This document shows, piece after piece, positions 25,463-38,179 of a DNA stretch of 64,000 nucleotides. Numbering within the stretch: the first letter of the stretch is position 1; the number at the start of each line of letters is the position of its first letter. Location of the stretch: assembly GCA_032718475.1 (NCBI GenBank), contig JAUCBJ010006543.1:1-64000 (forward strand), written 5' to 3'. The position numbers were made by a program, and so were the translations under genes. The notes beneath the pieces were generated by a model. The model had not been told where the DNA came from and ran no database searches. It saw only the letters and a list, made by a program, of their open reading frames with translations. This stretch comes from Nemertoderma westbladi (lineage: Eukaryota > Animalia > Xenacoelomorpha).

Positions 25463-27340
25463 TCAACCCGTTATGTGCTCCAACCAGAAAATGGGAGGGG
25501 TGCATTTCTGCGCATTGTGACGGATATGTACTAATTTGGGTAGATACAGTATACCACATATGTAAGATACGCTGGAATCGTAACTAAAACCAAAAAGTTT
25601 TCTAATAATATTATTATATCCAACGCGGAATTTACTATATGTGGAGAGTGGAAAATTACTTCTCGCCCATAGGGAGTTACAGTAGATCTGAGTGCAAAAT
25701 GACCTGAAAAGTTTTATTTTGACAATTTTTGAGCAATAGCTAAATTTACGTATTAAAAAGTTTCCTCTTCTATAAAGACTTGACAGTTGGTTAAGGATAT
25801 CATAATTGTTGTCAGTTGTGTTGTGGAAAGTATTGCCTAAGTACTTGTATTTACTTACAGTTTCTATTGATTTACCATTAATACTGATAACAAGGCTATT
25901 TTTATATGATTTTGGTGTATAGGTTATGAACTTAGATTTCTTAATATTAATAACGATGGAGTGCCTATCTGGGAAGTCTATGTAAGTATCAATAAGTTTT
26001 CTTAGACCAGCTATGGAATTAGAAACTAAAGACAGGACATCAGCGTACATTAAGTGAATACACCTATGTTTATTAAGTTGACAACCTATATTAGTATTGT
26101 TAAGTTCCCTACTAAGGTCGTCTACGTAAACAGCGTACAGATAACCAGATAGAATCCCCCCTTGTTTTGTCCCGTTTGTTACCGTAAAACTTTGAGTTTT
26201 GACATAATTTTGACGTAAAGCTTTGAAAACTTAAGAGTTTGAAAACGATACCAATACCTGATAATCCTAATATAAAAAGTAGAAATATTGCGATCAACTA
26301 ATTTAGAGAATAATTTATAGTGATTAACTAAGTCAAAGTCGAAGGCTTTAGAAGAGTCTATAAAACAAATGTAAATTGGGCTGTCATTATCCAAATAGTA
26401 CTGTATTATTTCTTTTAAAGTGTATATGAATAATTCTGTGCTTAACTTATTTTTGAAGGCAAATTGTGAATCGGAAGTAATTAGTTTTGCGCCAAATCGG
26501 TCAAGATATACTAATTCTAGAATTTTACTACTAATTGATGCGAGATAGCAATGCCCCTATAATTGTCAAAATTTGTATTATCATCGTTCTTATCCTTCAC
26601 AATGGGCAGGATATTGCAACGTATGAGATCGTCATTTAAGTAGCCATGTACATTACAGATTGTGAAAATGGAAGCCAAATGCGAAAATAAACGAGCCATA
26701 CCATTCATGTAATGTTCGCTGGCCAAACCATCAGGGCCAGTTTTACCAGGGGACAATCTACAAACGGCTACAGCTACTTCGGCGTCTGTTACAAGCATAC
26801 CGGTATCATTATTATACACAATATGAGTAAATATTGATTCAAGCTTTTCCTTGTCAGAGTCACTGTTGACCTTATTGTAAAGGGATGAGAATTTATCCTG
26901 AAAAAGGTTGCAAATGTCTTGCTCACCAACCGCACCACCAACTTTACTTGAAAGTGGGACGTTTGTACTGCAATGTTTCTTTACATTATTCCAGAAGTTG
27001 TTTTGATTATTGGAATACATTGACTCTGCAAGTTTATTAGCAGGAATACCCTTTTCCGTAAATTTACATTGTTTTAAAGCATGTTTGAACTCAAGTTTAA
27101 AATGTATATAATCACGAAATATTTGTCCTGCTCGGGGTCTCCCACTAGAGCGCCAAATACGAAAATGTAATCTTGATTCATCGTATTTCGATTTAATGAG
27201 ATCGTTCCATCCCGGCACTGTATTACATGTGTGGGACCCAGTTGGGTTTTTATTTTTAGGAATAGTTTGTTCAGCTGCCATATTAATAATACAGTTGAGT
27301 AGACAAAATATGACGTAATGGAATCAATTATCAATGATAC
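25463..27340 (-). mobile_element. Decayed APE-type non-LTR retrotransposon ORF2 (tether + RT + C-terminus)
   Basis: VPGWN..W..GRPRAG, GPDGL.SEH, PIVKDK..NYRGIAI, CFIDSSKAFD.VNH, YAD(V), KYKYLG, LFRSFCT..Y...LW; multiple frameshifts. Confidence 0.9.
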
Positions 27341-27476
27341 CTAGCTACTTGGAAGATGGTGAACACCTAATTTAATTATTATTTATTTTTACATTAGCAG
27401 ATTGAGATTGAGTTCTTGAATATGAAAATATAGAATACTCACTTTTGTAGAAAGTAGAGTCAATTTTATCATTCTG

Positions 27477-27641
27477 AATTGTGCCACTTATTACTTTTTT
27501 TTTATTTTTTTTAAACGATTTTTTGGTTTGTCGTTTTTGCTCGACCAAAAAGTCAATTCTTTGGTCAACCAAAAACTACTTTTTGGTTGACTAAAAAGTC
27601 AGTTAAAAAAAAGAAAAAAAGAAGTAATAAGTGGCACAATT
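27477..27641. repeat. ~165-bp MITE-like inverted repeat (copy at about 50927-51090)
   Basis: aattgtgccacttattactt / aagtaataagtggcacaatt. Confidence 0.75.
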
Positions 27642-27701
27642 ATTCAGCCACCATTTGACATTCAAATAATTCATACTAACTTACACAGTATCTTCTGTTT
27701 A

Positions 27702-27736
27702 TTGTTGGCCCTTAAAAAAGGGCCGTTTTGGTTGGT
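27702..27736 (-). promoter_or_regulatory. Histone-mRNA-type 3' stem-loop motif with no histone gene (copy at 51156-51173)
   Basis: Minus strand reads CCAAAAC GGCCCT TTTTTA AGGGCC AACAA, followed by purine-rich CAGAAGA. Confidence 0.5.
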
Positions 27737-27749
27737 AGGTCAGTTGGCC

Positions 27750-29450
27750 TTTATTTATTTATTTATTTATTATTTAATCCGGGCTAGCATACATCCCATA
27801 TCAATATTACATACTGTAGAATGAATATTATTTATGCACTTTATACGTAATTTATAGAATTACATATTTGTACCGTGGAACAGACCCCAGAGCTGGACGA
27901 TTGATATAAGAGTAAATACCAAATTAATATAATATATGTACACCAATTATTTATAATAACAATAATAAATAACACTTTAGTATAATGTTCACTGGCTAGT
28001 CCATCTGGACCAATCTTGTCACGAGATATCTTACCTACTGCAAATGCTACTTCAATGTCAGTCACAAACATATCCTTATTGAACTCAATGTTATTAAACA
28101 TAGCTTCTACTTTATCCTTTTCAGTATCACTGTTAACTTTATTATAAAGGTCCGCAAATTTTTCTTTAAAGAGATCACATATATCGTTTTCTCCTACCAC
28201 AGTACCTGGAAAGAGGTACATTAGCACCACAATGTTTTTTCACATTATTCCAGAATTCATTTTGGCTATCAGAGTACAGTGATTCTGCAAGTTTGTCAGC
28301 ACGCAAATTCTTATCTCTACGCTTACACTGTTTCAAAGCTCGTTTAAACTCAAATTTAGCATGCATGTAGTCATGGAAAATCTGTCCAGCCCTAGGGGAT
28401 CCATGTGTAGGCCAAATACTCAAATACCAAAAAATAGCCTCCTCGATTCATTATATTTATGTTTAACGAGGTCGTTCCAACCAGGTACAACCCTAGACTG
28501 CTGATGGGGAACTTTTTGGAATGGTCCGGTGCGTAAGCTAGCTTTACCACACAGACAATGGCATTATAATAATTATCAATTGCATTTTTATGCAGTGTAC
28601 ACCTACATTGTGCATCATGACATTCACATACGTTCTTAGGAATAATAATTTTACTAAGCAGATTATTTAGCACCAATTGATAATTAAGATTAGCAGCCAT
28701 TGTTTTACTCCAGTCACATTTTTGCATGGATGAATTTATTAAAGCAACTGTCACTATTATTACTCGATCTATTATTTTTCAGCACAGGTACAATACAAAT
28801 TATCCATTCCAATATCCAAATTAAATAATACTGGCATATGGTCTGAGACAGACAATTCATTGACTGTAACTGAATGCATCAACGGTACAACACTGCCAGT
28901 GCATGCCACATGGTCCAGCCATGAACATGTATTATGAGCAGCACTCACGAATGTAAATGTTCCCACTGGAAGTAAGTTAATGTCATATAAAATCATATTC
29001 ATATTTTTGCACCAATTATTGGTATAATTAAAATAACGTGAGTCCGAGCCTGCATTAAAATCTCCTATCACGACACAGTGGGATGTATTCGCACAATCTA
29101 TTATTGAACTGATCTTACCAAGTGTTTCTAAAAATTAATCATCGTTATCCGTGCATTCATTCGTAAGGCATATATATGTTTAACAGTAGGATTGTCATAT
29201 TGTCATTTTTGTATTTAATCCCAAAAGTTCTCGGTTCCTTATAATCTATAATTTCAATGAATTGAGCTATATTATTTTTATATAAAAATCCAACTCCACC
29301 ATATGGTCTATCTTGCAGTAGGGTGTCTCTGTAATCAACAGGCAAGATACCTCCAAGCAGACCAATCAAGTGCAAATCCTGCACAAGGCTGTTTAAACAA
29401 TGTTACGCTGACTGATTCACATCTACGACTGTAGCATCAATCACAGCTTT
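27750..29450 (-). mobile_element. Internally deleted LINE (APE + tether) with (TAAA)n tail
   Basis: RPYGGVGFLY, LLLNIYMPY, IGDFNA, SWLDH..SDH.P APE motifs; tether ending at GPDGLASEHY; (ttta)n at 27750-27772. Confidence 0.85.
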
Positions 29451-29790
29451 AAACTTACTGAATCGAGGAAAGCTAACCATTCCTTCAATTTCTGTTAACA
29501 ACCTTGTGGCGGATTGCTTCAAAGTTATATGTGCTGCCAAGAAACATCTAGAAACAATGAGACACTACAGAAACGCAGCGCTTGTCACACAAAAGTGCTG
29601 GAGAGGCTCCAGCACTTTTGTGTGAACTCTGGGTTTAGATTTGGTTGCGTGGATCACAGATGTCAACAAGAACATCGTGTTTAGAACAGTTGTAAGTGTA
29701 TTTGGCAACAAGTGTATTGATGAATCTCAGTTGGTTTGAGACGATTCCATTAAAAAATTCAAAACACGGCAGTGGGAAAAACATATTTAC
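29450..29790 (+). pseudogene. C-terminal fragment of a probable P-element/THAP9-like transposase
   Basis: LNRGKLTIPS..V..CF, then FGC.DH and DDSIKKFKTRQ across frameshifts. Followed by ~57-bp repeats at about 29830-30030. Confidence 0.5.
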
Positions 29791-30837
29791 ATCTGGGGAT
29801 TCAAGCCAAAAGAATTGAGATTATTCTTTACACGGGGGTGGGGTCACTTACCACTTAATGAGTCTGAGCCCGGAGAGTCTTTAAACTGAGATATTTTCTA
29901 CACAGATGGGGTCACAAGTCGAGTCCACGCCCAGATTGACTCTATAAACTGAGATATTTCTCTACAGGGGGGTCACAAGTTGCGTTCGAGCCTGGAGAGA
30001 CCCATTAAACGAAGATATTTCTCTGCAGGGAGAGACTCATTAAACTGACTTTCAACTGCCACAGGCACAGCTACCACTGGGTCCTCCATGAACACAGCGT
30101 CCCAGACTGAACCAAGGACGACATCGCTAATGGCTGGGCCAGTCAGATGGGTTTGTGGACCATATCAGCTAGCCCAGTTAATTGTGGTATTTCAGCCACA
30201 ATTTCCTTGCCCGCTGATTGTGCTTTCGCCACCACCACCTCAGCCCTTGGCTTCCTCAGTTTGGCTTGTCCGAATCAGTTTTGGATGTCCATAAATGGCA
30301 GGGGCTGGATAGGATTCAGCGATAGTAATATCGCTAATCTGTGCTGAGACCTGAGTTGTTTCCATACAGATAATGGGAATGTTCTGACCCTTCTCACATA
30401 TGACTCTCTCTAGCCACTTCTCTTTGGATATGATCCAGTTCTAGAGAGGCACAGCTACCACTGGGTCCTCCATGAACACAGCGTCCCAGACTGAACCAAG
30501 GACATCGCTAATGGCTGGGCCAGTCAGATGGGTTTGTGGACCATATCAGCTAGCCCAGTTAATTGTGGTATTTCAGCCACAATTTCCTTGCCCGCTGATT
30601 GTGGTTTCGCCACCACCACCTCAGCCCTTGGCTTCCTCAGTTTGGCTTATCCGGATCAGTTTTGGATGTTCATAAATAGCAGGGGCTGGATAGGATCAGC
30701 GATAGTAATATCGCTAATCTGTGCAGAGACCTGAGTTTTTTCCATACAGATAATGGGAATGTTCTACCAATTCATTCAACCAATGGGGATCAAGAATTCC
30801 CTTAGTGTTGTTCTCTAAATAAACTATATATATTAAT

Positions 30838-31757
30838 ATAATAAAAATAAAATAATAGGAAGGCATTTTATACAACCATGTTCAGCATGATCCGGTCTCT
30901 TAAATATAATTTTGAGTTGAACGAATTATGTTTTTGACAGACCAATATCAAGCAAGTAAAATTATTTGGAAACAGAGAAACAACATGTTCCTATCTGTTC
31001 AACCGTAAGTAGTCATCGTTTTATTTAAGCAGGGACACAAAGCGCAACCCTGTTTAAATACTGTAAGTAAAATTATCACATTGGTTACATTTTTGCATAT
31101 GTGTTTCGCCGGGATTTGGCTCATCAGCTACACTAACCCGTGCAGGACACATGTTAATCCAACTAACTACACCAAAACCCAGCTAAACACACACACATAC
31201 ATAATAAACAAAATAGTATTGCATTCCAGATCAAATAAGCAATCATTTCCTTAGCAACACTATATGAGATAATTTGTCTAGTGCATGGTTGCTAATTATA
31301 ATAAAAATAAAATAATAGGAAGGCATTTTATACAACCATGTTCAGCATGATCCGGTCTCTTAAATATAATTTTGAGTTGAACGAATTATGTTTTTGACAG
31401 ACCAATATCAAGCAAGTAAAATTATTTGGAAACAGAGAAACAACATGTTCCTATCTGTTCAACCGTAAGTAGTCATCGTTTTATTTAAGCAGGGACACAA
31501 AGCGCAACCCTGTTTAAATACTGTAAGTAAAATTATCACATTGGTTACATTTTTGCATATGTGTTTCGCCGGGATTTGGCTCATCAGCTACACTAACCCG
31601 TGCAGGACACATGTTAATCCAACTAACTACACCAAAACCCAGCTAAACACACACACATACATAATAAACAAAATAGTATTGCATTCCAGATCAAATAAGC
31701 AATCATTTCCTTAGCAACACTATATGAGATAATTTGTCTAGTGCATGGTTGCTAATT
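30838..31757. repeat. Near-perfect 460-bp tandem duplication
   Basis: ataaaaataaaataatagga at 30841 and 31301; the 460-bp period holds throughout. Confidence 0.95.
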
Positions 31758-32792
31758 CCATGCATATATATTAATATAATATATATGACCCCAAATGATA
31801 TATTATAGGCTTATAAAATGCACATACGTAATATGATACATTAATGTATGCGGACCTTCCACTCATCTAGTGACACCCTCACTGTTCTTAGGGCAAAACC
31901 TACCTAACCCTGAAATTGCTATGTCCAGTGGCGGCAAGCATATAATTGTGGCAGGTCTTGCAAACATGCTTGCCAACTACAGGAATGGGGGGTGGGCGGG
32001 GGCCAAGCAGTCAGACGTGCCACTGCTCATGCGTCTCACCATCAACATTCTTGGGGCAGAACCACTTACACCACACCCTCTCCCATCCTTTCTGGATGTT
32101 CTTACCCAGCCGCATACGTTTCTGGTGCCTCCACTCAGTCATATAACCCCTCTTACGCCCCACATTCCGAGTGCTAGTGAGATTGGCCAGCATTGGGGGC
32201 AATGCTTCATCAGCCTGTCTCACCCACTTTATGTTGGCAATTTTTGATCTTTCTGGTTCTTTTGGATTTTGGTTTTAGGGGTTTAGATTTCTGGACTGTA
32301 TGTTTTCGTATGTAAATGGATAGAGGGACATTCTCGGAGGATGAGAGAAATTGGAATGTGGAAGTTCTATTTGGGTTGGGGTTGATGTAGAAGGGCCAGA
32401 GGAAATAATCAGTACTGAGGAAGGTAACTGATGGACGGTAGGGACACTGGGATAAGAATGCTCACCATAAAGGTCTCTGTTCCCAGGAGGGAAGCTGGTC
32501 CATGCCACCTGTGGCGGTGGCAGGGACACGGATGCGGGCAGCGGTGCCACCATCTGGATATAATCAGTCGCCACAAATGTGGCATGATCAATTTCAACAG
32601 CCACAGGCACAGCTACCACTGGGTCCTCCATAAACACAGCATCCCAGACTGAACCAAGGACATCACAGGTGCAATAGCAAGTGCAGGGCCAGTCAGCTGG
32701 GATGGTTAGACCACATCAGCTAGCCTGTAATTGCTGGTTTGGACACCACCTTAGCCCTCAGCTTCCACAGTTTCACTTGTCCAGATCAGTCT

Positions 32793-34345
32793 CCCAGGTA
32801 GCACAGGACGTCCACGAAAGAAATTGAACGTTCATATTTGGTACTTTTTTTATGCGAATCTGAACATCAATGAAATATTGTTCAAAATAGGTAACAATTG
32901 CTGACGTTGTGAGTAATTTACCAAATTGTGACGTTCACATTAGGTAATTTAACGTCCTAACTTTAAAGAAATTGAATATGTACCAAAACAAACGAATATT
33001 GAACGTTCAAATTGCGTCCAGTTATGCGTTCATTTCTTTGTACCTAAATATGTACGTTGTTTGAACATTTATGAACGTTCAAACATAATTTACTTTAACT
33101 TGTTATGTCAATGGCATGTTCAAACTTGTTCGTGATACAATTATCTGACTATTTATTATTGTGCAATTATTTTTTATGTTGGTTAGCCTACTCCTTGTAT
33201 GGTTGGTGTGGTTCCGCTTAGTTATATCTGGACTAATGGTTCATTCTCAATACAAAACAATTACTTTAAGTAATCGAAAAATTATTCACACAACAAAACA
33301 TTGATAACCAATACAATGCTGACGCATTTTTAAACATTTTAAACAACAAATAACATCAAAATTAGACAAAGGTGATTCTACTGATTACTAAAGCTAATAC
33401 ACTAGTACTATGTCACAAAAAATTGTAATAAAATTATTAGAATATATTAGGCCTATTGAACCAAGAAAATAACAAACAAAGAAAACCGCAAAAGTTTGTC
33501 TATTTTGATACCAACTGACCAAATACCATTACATTTTGTTGAGATAAATCGGATATATGGGCGTTGGAATGTTCAAACTTCTATCATGCGTAGGGTAATT
33601 TTTTTAATCGCAAAACATTATTTTTTATTTTACAAATTTATCATATTATATAAACCTTTCTTACGTTTCAATTGCTTTTTGTATGTATTATTGCCTTATT
33701 GCATAGATAAAAAATTTCAAATATCAATTATAAGGTCATAAAATTAATGAATTTTTTTAAGATTCATCAATATGAAAAATCTATTTTGGCTGGAAATAAG
33801 ATAAAATACAGAAAACTAACTAATCCAATGCGAATTTGTGGATCATCACCATAATATATCATGGATACTCTTATATCACTATCGATTAAATAATTTCATA
33901 TATACTCTGATGCTTCCTTCTCTAAATGTATAGGGTATTGTAGGTGTAGGGCCGTAGGATAGGGTGTAGGGATTGGATAAGGTAGGCTAACCCCCCCCCC
34001 CCCTCCCCCCCTCCCCTCTCTACACAGAACATGCACCAACAAACAGTGATTGGTTGGTCTCACGTTAAATTTTTACGTTTATTCAACCTAATATGGACCT
34101 ATAACACACCATAAATGAACGTCTAGTGAACACGTCATTTGATCATAGATTGCCTGTGGTCTCTTTTACGTTCAATTGCCCGTTCATATTACGGTACTTC
34201 TGACGGCCAACTTTGAACTATTGAACGTTTAGCATCAATAGCATCTTATGGGAGAAATACAACGTCATATGAACATAAATCCAGAACGTCTGGACGAATA
34301 ATGAACGTAAATTTACCGTAAATTTACGTATTTGTGCTACCTGGG
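32793..34345. mobile_element. EnSpm/CACTA-type (CCC termini, 2-bp TSD) non-autonomous element
   Basis: CT|CCCAGGTAGCACA ... TGTGCTACCTGGG|CT, with subterminal tgaacgttca-type repeats. An empty-site homolog lies at about 30270-30305. Confidence 0.88.
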
Positions 34346-35264
34346 CTGGGACGTCAGTAAATGGCAGGGGCTGGATGGGATTGGCAATGGTCATGTCTCG
34401 AATCTGTGCCGAGACCTGAGTAGTCTCCACATGGATAACGGGAATGTTCTGCCCCCTTCTCACATGTGACTCTCTCTAGCCGCTTCTCATTCGAGATAAT
34501 CTAGTTAGAGAGAGTCCTCTTGTAAAAGAGGTGGCAATGGCAGCATATTACTTAAGAATTATTGCTTTCCTTGACTCATAGCCTCTCTTCTCTGTCCCAT
34601 CGATTTGGGGATGGGTGTGTCCCCTAATCTCCTCGGACAACTTCTGAACCAACTCCTCTTGTCATCAGAGGCAGCTAACCCTGCCAGTGGCAGTGGCACC
34701 TGCCAGTGGCAGTGGCAGTGGTGATGGATTCTCTGTAGGGGCTGGTGGCAGTGGCGATGATTCTCTGTAGGGTTTGGTGGCAGTGGCGTCACCATAGGGG
34801 ACAGTGGCTGTGGTGTAACCATAGTATCAGTATTTCCTGTATTCTCTGTAGGGGCTGGTGGCAGTGGCGATGGATTCTCTGTAGGGTTTGGTGGCAGTGG
34901 CATCACCATAGGGGACAGTGGCTGTGGTGTAACCATAGTATCAGTATTTCCTGTAAGTGTTTTAATTGAGAAACAAAACTAACCTTGACAAAGCAATAAC
35001 CACAGCTGCAGCTCAATTCAGTGGAGTGTGAACCTGTGGGATGAAACAATGTCCCACTCCTGGTGTGCATCCTGAACTTAGATATCGCATCCACTTTGAG
35101 TTTCACCTTGGGATTACGAGGATGCTGTAATAGAATATACTATATACTGTAGATATATTGATTCGGTAGATAAAAAGGGTACTGGGGCCACTCAAGACAG
35201 TAAGATAGGGACCGGTACAGAGGGAAGAAATAGAGACTTGTTATGTTAGTACAGTAGTATGCCT

Positions 35265-36730
35265 GTATGGGTCAAGTCAGGTCCCCAGATCCTGCTACCA
35301 CTATGGCAGTAATGTGGTACTACCTGTAGCTGTCAGCCCAGTATGGCAGGCCCGATAAGCATAGCCTGTTCATTATTTAGTTGACCAAGGAGTGGGTTAG
35401 TTTAGCCCCATCAACTAAATAAGTCATTGAGGGCTATAGCACCTAGGGCACCATTGAAGGCAAAGGCTTGATACTAATCTGCATTAGAGATCACATACGC
35501 CCCGCCCTGCCTATACTGGATGCTCCTCCACCAGTGTTAGGTAACCTAACCCAGGAGGCACACTTGGTTCAGGGTGTAACAAAAGGACCCCTACAGTCGG
35601 CAGCAGGGCTGTAGGCCATGGATATGCGGAAGGTAATCAACCAACGGCTAGACATGCTGACAAGGTCGATGGAAGGTAATCAACCAACAGCGACCTACTG
35701 CGAAGACGCTTGTAGGAGTTGCGACCACAAGCGGTTTACTCCAGCAACTGAAAGATATGAGTATGAGAACCCTCCAGGAGAAATACCGGCTCGGTCGTCG
35801 CCCGGGTCAACAAGGACCACCACGTCCCTCAGTGGTACACCAGGCTGGGGTCGATAAATTGGCTACTGGAACAGAAGACAGAAGAAAGAAGAACCAACCT
35901 GTTGAAATGTAAAAAGACACTAAAGATTGCTACAATGAACGCACACACGCTGAAAGCACATACCAACCAGGGTGACATGGTCGCTCTAGCAATGGAATAT
36001 AACATCGACATCATCTGCATCCAAGAACATCGGATTTGTCATGAAGACACTGCCATGAAGTACAATGACATTCATTGGAAACGGATGGACGTTAGTAACA
36101 AGCTCAGCAGTAATAAACTCGGCCAATGCATCAATTGGTGGAGTAGGAATTCGGCTAAGCCCATTTGCACTTAAGACCCTAAACAACATCGAATCTATAA
36201 ATTCCAGGGTTATGATCGCAACATTTGATGGGAATCCCAAGGCAACAGTTATATGTTGCTACAGTCCAACCAATGCCTCAGAGCCAGAACTAGAAGTCAA
36301 GTTTTATGAAGAACTGACTGGACTTATAAAGGAGATTCCGAAACACAATGTTAAAGTCATTGCTGGTGATGCTCAAATTGGCCCAGAAGACAGCAAGGGT
36401 TACACCTATAACACCCAGTTCTAACAGAAATGGGTACTTACTTTTAGACCTAATGGAAGAATGTGAATTGATACCAACAAACAACACATTCGAAAAGAGT
36501 AAGGGGAAGCTATTAAAAAATAAGCTATATAAGAGGGATCTACTTCTCTGGCAACCAACTCATGGAAAGCATAGTCGTGGACGACCGGCCATAACATATA
36601 TAGATCAACTTTAAAGGGATACTGAACTTGGGAGAAACGAAATTGCGACAACTATGGAGAATCGGGAAGCCTGGAAGGAACTCATTTCCACTGTCCGAGT
36701 TCGCTCGACCTAGTTGTAGTAGTAGTAGTA
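35265..36730 (+). mobile_element. RTE-clade LINE with 5' UTR and APE domain, RT deleted, (TAG)n tail
   Basis: KIATMNAHTL, IDIICIQEHR, GGVGIRLSP, CYSPTN, IAGD, fused to C-terminal LLLWQPTHG.H.RGRPAITYIDQL. Tail tagttgtagtagtagtagta. The 5' boundary is approximate. Confidence 0.85.
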
Positions 36731-37229
36731 GGCCTACAGCAGAATTATGTATGTTAATTACTGAAACGTTTGCTGGTTTGTCCTGATGTTGGTTTATATA
36801 TTACTGTATTATTATTATATGGATATTAAGAAGGAAGATATTTAGATAATGAATGTCGATTTTATCCTATCCACCTAAAACCAATTCAATGGGCATACTG
36901 GAGCCCCCAGAATGTTTCTGAAAACCAAGACAGATGCTGACCTGGAAAAGTATGCAAATGGAATGTGCCACAATTCGGCAAATCCTTTGAAAATCACATC
37001 GTATTATTGTGAGGATGAATGCCCTTGTGATCTCGGGGCATGGTAGAACAAAATCAGAAAATAATAAAGAATGACTGAGGGAATGACAAGAAAAAGAATA
37101 AAACAACCAACAAGGAAATCAAATGAAAACTGAAGAAAAACTTAGAAAACAAAAGGCTTTCTTTAGAAATCTAAATCTTGGCTATGTACAATAAAGAAAG
37201 TAGAACATAAAAGTCATGGACCAGATATG

Positions 37230-37860
37230 CAGGCTCCACCATGCAACTCCTCTATTGTTGTGGGGTACCAATTTCAATCGCAGATACCGAGTGTGATCTC
37301 TCAGTATTTAAAATGCCAGCATACTGACCAGAGTCACCCATCACTGTCTTGCACTGGACGCCTTCATAACATAATCTATCTCTGTAGCACTCTGCTCTGT
37401 AGCAGAGATATGTATCTCTGCTATTTCCATACCATGGTCCATGGTGATCATACCGTTTCATCAGACTACAAAAATATCAACTCAATGCCCCCACACCTAC
37501 CTTCCATCACCCACAAATTCACCTCTCAGAACTCATTCAAAGTGGTGTAAGTCCATGATGCCCTACCACTGCAACTTCTTGATGAGCTTCCTTGTTTGGT
37601 CACATCATTCCATACAAATACACTCACACTGTATACTGTACTCATTCATCAATATATCAGCAGGGAAGTTTTTACTTAGTGCCAGACTGCACTTGGCATT
37701 ACCAAAGTTCAAAATTATGGTTGCCTAATCAAACCAACATCCAACACAAATTACACATCGATATACTTTTCTCTCATTACATACTTGTTGTTCCAAGTGG
37801 GTCCATTATAGTCCCGCTCGTACCTACCTATACTGCAATATCTCACTCACCTGCTGGGAC
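37230..37860 (-). pseudogene. Dada/DUF6729-like transposase fragment (catalytic-core region)
   Basis: ADILMNEYSIQ..CDQTRKLIKK and ILNTERSHSVS..EIGTPQ, homologous to 58830-59300 and 62640-62850. Confidence 0.7.
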
Positions 37861-38179
37861 ATAAACCACTTTCCACAAAACCACTTTCGAATCTGAGCGC
37901 CTGGTTGTTTGGTTAAAAATATGAGCACCTTGTCTAGAATTGATGTCCCTGGTTACAATTTGTTACAAATGGTTGCAAATTTGAGCACCCAGTATCAGCC
38001 AGCACTACCTATAATAATACTGTAATTTGCACATGTTCACTAACAGCTTGCACTAAATATCAATCACCTACCTATAAAACATTTTGAATGCCACAGTGTG
38101 TAACCTGGAATAAGCAGTGATTTTTATATTTCAAACTATAATGTTAGTGTTAGCCTTACAGAGTATCAGTATGAATCTG

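Larger units (their letters stand above)
21688..29072. repeat. Segmental duplication block A (second copy at 44564-52522)
   Basis: Colinear near-identical sequence and paired ORFs (25463/48918, 26517/49966, 28392/51842, 28772/52222). Confidence 0.95.
30060..35125 (-). pseudogene. 3' half of a Dada/DUF6729-like transposase, fragmented, locally duplicated and interrupted
   Basis: Pro-rich linker, GQNIPVIHVETTQV, and C-terminal WFCP / CKTC..GH motifs (31870-32250) homologous to 43450-43780. 30064-30765 is a tandem copy of part of it. Confidence 0.55.

Noticed and set aside
34586-34594. TCTTCTCTG, matching the U6 CAGAGAAGA motif, as a Dada terminus
   Set aside because: It lies inside the decayed coding region, not at an element boundary.
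35261-35620. HDV-like ribozyme in the RTE 5' UTR
   Set aside because: Some pairings exist (cagg-tccccagat-cctg), but I could not build a canonical P1/P1.1/P2 double pseudoknot by eye.
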